Part shown: piece after piece, positions 60,721-64,000 of the stretch
Position numbering within the stretch: the first letter of the stretch is position 1
How the letters are laid out: the number at the start of each line of letters is the position of its first letter
From: Schmidtea polychroa
Taxonomy: Eukaryota
Assembly (NCBI GenBank): GCA_044892525.1
Contig: CM097886.1
Coordinates: 162,986,312-163,050,311, forward strand
Direction: 5' to 3'
DNA length: 64,000 nucleotides
Translations under genes and position numbers: made by a program
Notes under the pieces: generated by a model
What the model was told of the DNA's origin: nothing
Databases searched by the model: none
What the model saw: only the letters and a program-made list of their open reading frames with translations

Positions 60721-62894
60721 AAACTGAAACCGGTTCAACTGATCCATAATTAATAATTATATTTCTTAATCCAATCGACATGAACTCAACGAATCCTACG
60801 AAGCATCGAAAAAATCTACCCCCAACTGATGACAACTTTATAAATTGTGGGTGATAATGCCATTAATAGTGTTTTGCAAAATCTACACCCATTTACAGTG
60901 TACGATCAGTACGATCAAAATGATACATATTCACTGATTTGGCGAAAAGATAGAGCAATAATCGCTTTTGAATTTTGATTGTTTTAATAAATAAATGTAG
61001 TATATAGAATAGTATATAATATATCTGGTTATCTTTATAGACGTATGCTAATTTTATAAAATGTTTCTCCGCAATGATATGTATTTATTATCAATAATAA
61101 CTCTTCAATTAATAATATTTCTTTCCCAGATCATGCAATTGAAGGTAGTAGTGTTTAAATTGAATGCCCCATTTTGGATTGGGTTAAATACATATATAAA
61201 TGTGGAGTTTTTTAATATGACAATAATATCATGATTTCAAAATTATATTAAACATAATAATCAATTATTTTCAAGTGATGATTAAGAAATTTCAATTTTA
61301 GAGTTAATTTTTTGGACATCAATCAACAGTTTGAAGTACAAAAAATATAGTAGTTACAGTTGGAGATAGCGAATATAATTCAATTCAAGATTTAGACAGA
61401 GATTTAAAGTGCAATGAATTTTAAGCAGAATGTATTCACTAAATGTTTCTAAAACTCTTGTTTTAAATATCAATTCAAATAGCAAAAACATACCAACAGG
61501 AGAAATAACAGCCAGGAATAGTAAGGATATATTAAAAACAATATCAAAGTAAAAATTTCAAGTAAAATTATAAGTACGTGAAATTAGCAATATCATTCTG
61601 ATTGCAATTTTATAGTATTAAAAATTTACAGCCGGCACAGAAAAACAACAGGCGGGAAAATACAGAATAATTGCATAGCGTGCAATGGAAATTTACAGAA
61701 CGACACGAAAAAAAAGACTGTGCGATGGGCTGATGCAGGAGACGACAGAGGGGCGACTAAACTCGGTAGCGTCGTTGGTAGGTTAACTTTACTTTTGCAT
61801 CTTTGATGTGTTTATGATTTTTGATTTGATATTTCAATTAAGGTATCAACTTAAAAACATTAAGAAATTTCACTTTAGTCGCTTATGGGTTCCAAGTGCT
61901 CACTTTGCTTTGTTTTATTCCCGTGCGAAGTCTGGTAAGGCAGCCAATTATTTATACTTATCGAAGAATTTATTAGCTTATTTAATTGATCAAGTTATAT
62001 ATTGAAAAGTTATTTTGTTGAAAATAAAACTTAATTGTGTTGGGTCTTGATGATTTTGATATAACTAACTACATTCTTACCGAAAGTACAGAAAAAAGTA
62101 TTCAAAGTTGTATATGAAAATATGAATGGCAAAATGATATTTCGAAAGAAAATAAAAATAAAGAGGATTATGAAGGAGATATGTGTTAGTGATATTTAAG
62201 AAATATTTATAATATTTGGTAAAATAAGAAAATGCAATATCAAACTCATTCATAAGAACAATACTATTAAAAGTAAAGATTTCAGTATTAGAATTTATAA
62301 TTAGGTTTTAAGTATAAAGTAAAATTGTCATTCATGCCACTACGAGAGTAGAAATTAGGAATTGTTTTGATATTAAATTGTAGGCAGCATATAAGATAAC
62401 TAATTTTTTATAACGTGCATAAATAATAGTTGTAATCATTTTATCTATTTCTTACATAAGTAAGAATCGGGAAAAGTCACTAATTGTTTGTTTGCATTAA
62501 TAATTTCAAAATTTCCCAACTTTATCCCCGAATTTATCAGCCGACATTTGCTTTTTTCTTGATTAAATTTGATTAATTTAGTTTAGGATTTGATTAGGCA
62601 TGCTACCCATACAGAGGTAAAAACATTCTCTGCCTACGCGAGAGTAGGCTGAAAGGATTTAGTTTTTCTCCAATCGATTTAATTATTTTTTTTCAGGTAC
62701 ACACCAACACATTCTCTGCCTACCCGAGAGCTCTGATTCGGTAACATCAGTTTACACGTTTAATGAAATTACAAGTCTGAGCTTTATTATCAATTTTTAT
62801 CACTTAATTTAGGGAATATTTGTAACCTTTCCAAATGATATTTTTGGATATTATTAATTCTAACCAAATATATTTTTAATTGATATAATTATCA

Positions 62895-64000
62895 GAATTA
62901 TAATTTACTTTTTGATTTCGGTTTGGAGCAGTCGTATGCCACCAATGAATTCGTTGTGTTTATTATTCCCAATAACACAATAATAGAGATCATCAACCAT
63001 GGAAATGCGAGTTTCCCTTTTTCCTTACTGTCTCTGTTTTATGGCTCTCCGTCTTTTGTATCAGATATCCCCATCTGCCATTGTTTGCAATCCACTTCAT
63101 CAAATATTTATTCGTCATTTCAGTGGCTTTCTTTATTAATGATTTTGAATTGCAGTTTCCAAACAACCATAAATATCTCCAACATTATATAGACTACCAC
63201 TGTCAATATGACATCTCGATCCAACGCGGTTCGTGTTAGGTCCTCAATTACTGCTTCTTCACAAAATTCCTTTTCTTCATAATTTCTTTTAATTATCGAC
63301 GGTAATCTCCTTTTTAATTCCGTTGCTAATCTCTTTACAACTCCTTCCTCCTCCTCCGAAGTATCATCTAACACATACAATTCCGTAACTAAACTTTTTA
63401 ATACTCGCTCCGTTTCGCTTGATTCATCTAAACTCAAAGATTCAGTTTCCGCATCATTTTGTCGTTTCCGACATATCGCAATGTCATTATCCGTTTCAAC
63501 GAAGTTCTCTTCACTTTTCGTTTCATTTATACTCGGTAATACCTGTCATCGGTGCTCATTTCCTCGATATCCCTTTACTCTTCATTTTCCGATCCCATTT
63601 CCTCATTTTCCATTATTTCTAATCTCTGCAAATCATTAATTTCTTGATCAATTTCTCCTGGGTCATCTACAACTTCAGTTTTAATCTCTACATTATCATT
63701 ATCTGTTTCCTCATACGGAGGCCAAAGTGGTATTATTACTGCATCTCTTTCCCTTTCATCACCTTGCTTTGTTGCGTACAAATTATTAATACAATTTGGG
63801 TTACATCCGTAATTCAACAAATATTCGTCATCATCTAATTCTCGTCCTTTGAACGTCAACACGATAATTCCTTCATTACCTAATATCTCCGCTGCTTCTT
63901 TGTCGTATTTTCTTTGCTTTTACACTCCAATGTTCCTGATAATATTCAATCCTTTGATCCGCAATATTCAACGCTATTTATCAAAGACTTCGCACTATTG
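62895..64000 (-). pseudogene. Decayed retroelement-like polyprotein: ubiquitin-like segment, acidic linker, signal peptide followed by AYDC
   Basis: A-rich coding strand like the 5.6-10 kb ORFs. ...IIVLTFKGRELDDDEYLLNYGCNPNCINNL...; further on, in the frame of 63120-63437 and through stops, WLMISIIVLLGIINTTNSLVAYDCSKPK. Runs off the window edge. Confidence 0.6.

Overview
Very AT-rich eukaryotic (animal) genomic DNA with short introns (about 40-50 bp), two assembly gaps and a very high transposon load. The host lineage cannot be fixed from the sequence alone. All translations and alignments were done by eye and need computational confirmation. Host genes: an oligopeptidase A (M3A)-like gene whose HExxH motif looks degenerate, a salvador-like WW-WW-SARAH gene starting 42 bp downstream of it, SMIM12, and the 3' half of an ORP9-type oxysterol-binding protein gene. 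The dominant feature is a family of giant Gypsy-like LTR retroelements with about 5-kb LTRs (TGTTGGG...CCCACCA). (i) One copy spans 1-17226, with its 5' end outside the window. Its LTRs look identical over the 1179 bp that can be compared. It has a tRNA-Pro-type PBS, a decayed RING-finger ORF, a 140-bp tandem array, an intact 1050-aa Gag ORF followed in frame by a signal-peptide/Cys-rich/TM protein, and no recognisable pol. (ii) A solo LTR at 33937-39025 has an ATAT target-site duplication and contains two sense ORFs: an AT-hook/SUMO-motif protein and a coiled-coil/NLS protein. Divergent homologues of both ORFs occur in the same order at 26.4-29.5 kb. (iii) An antisense coding segment and two covarying hairpin modules are shared between divergent LTR copies. 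(iv) At the right edge, a decayed polyprotein has a ubiquitin-like segment and a signal peptide followed by AYDC. The rest comprises hAT, piggyBac, Tigger and Tc1 remnants, many MITEs, and a fragmented RLE-type non-LTR element. The best candidate for an undescribed system is this pol-less giant retroelement family with LTR-encoded nuclear proteins and ubiquitin-system domains.
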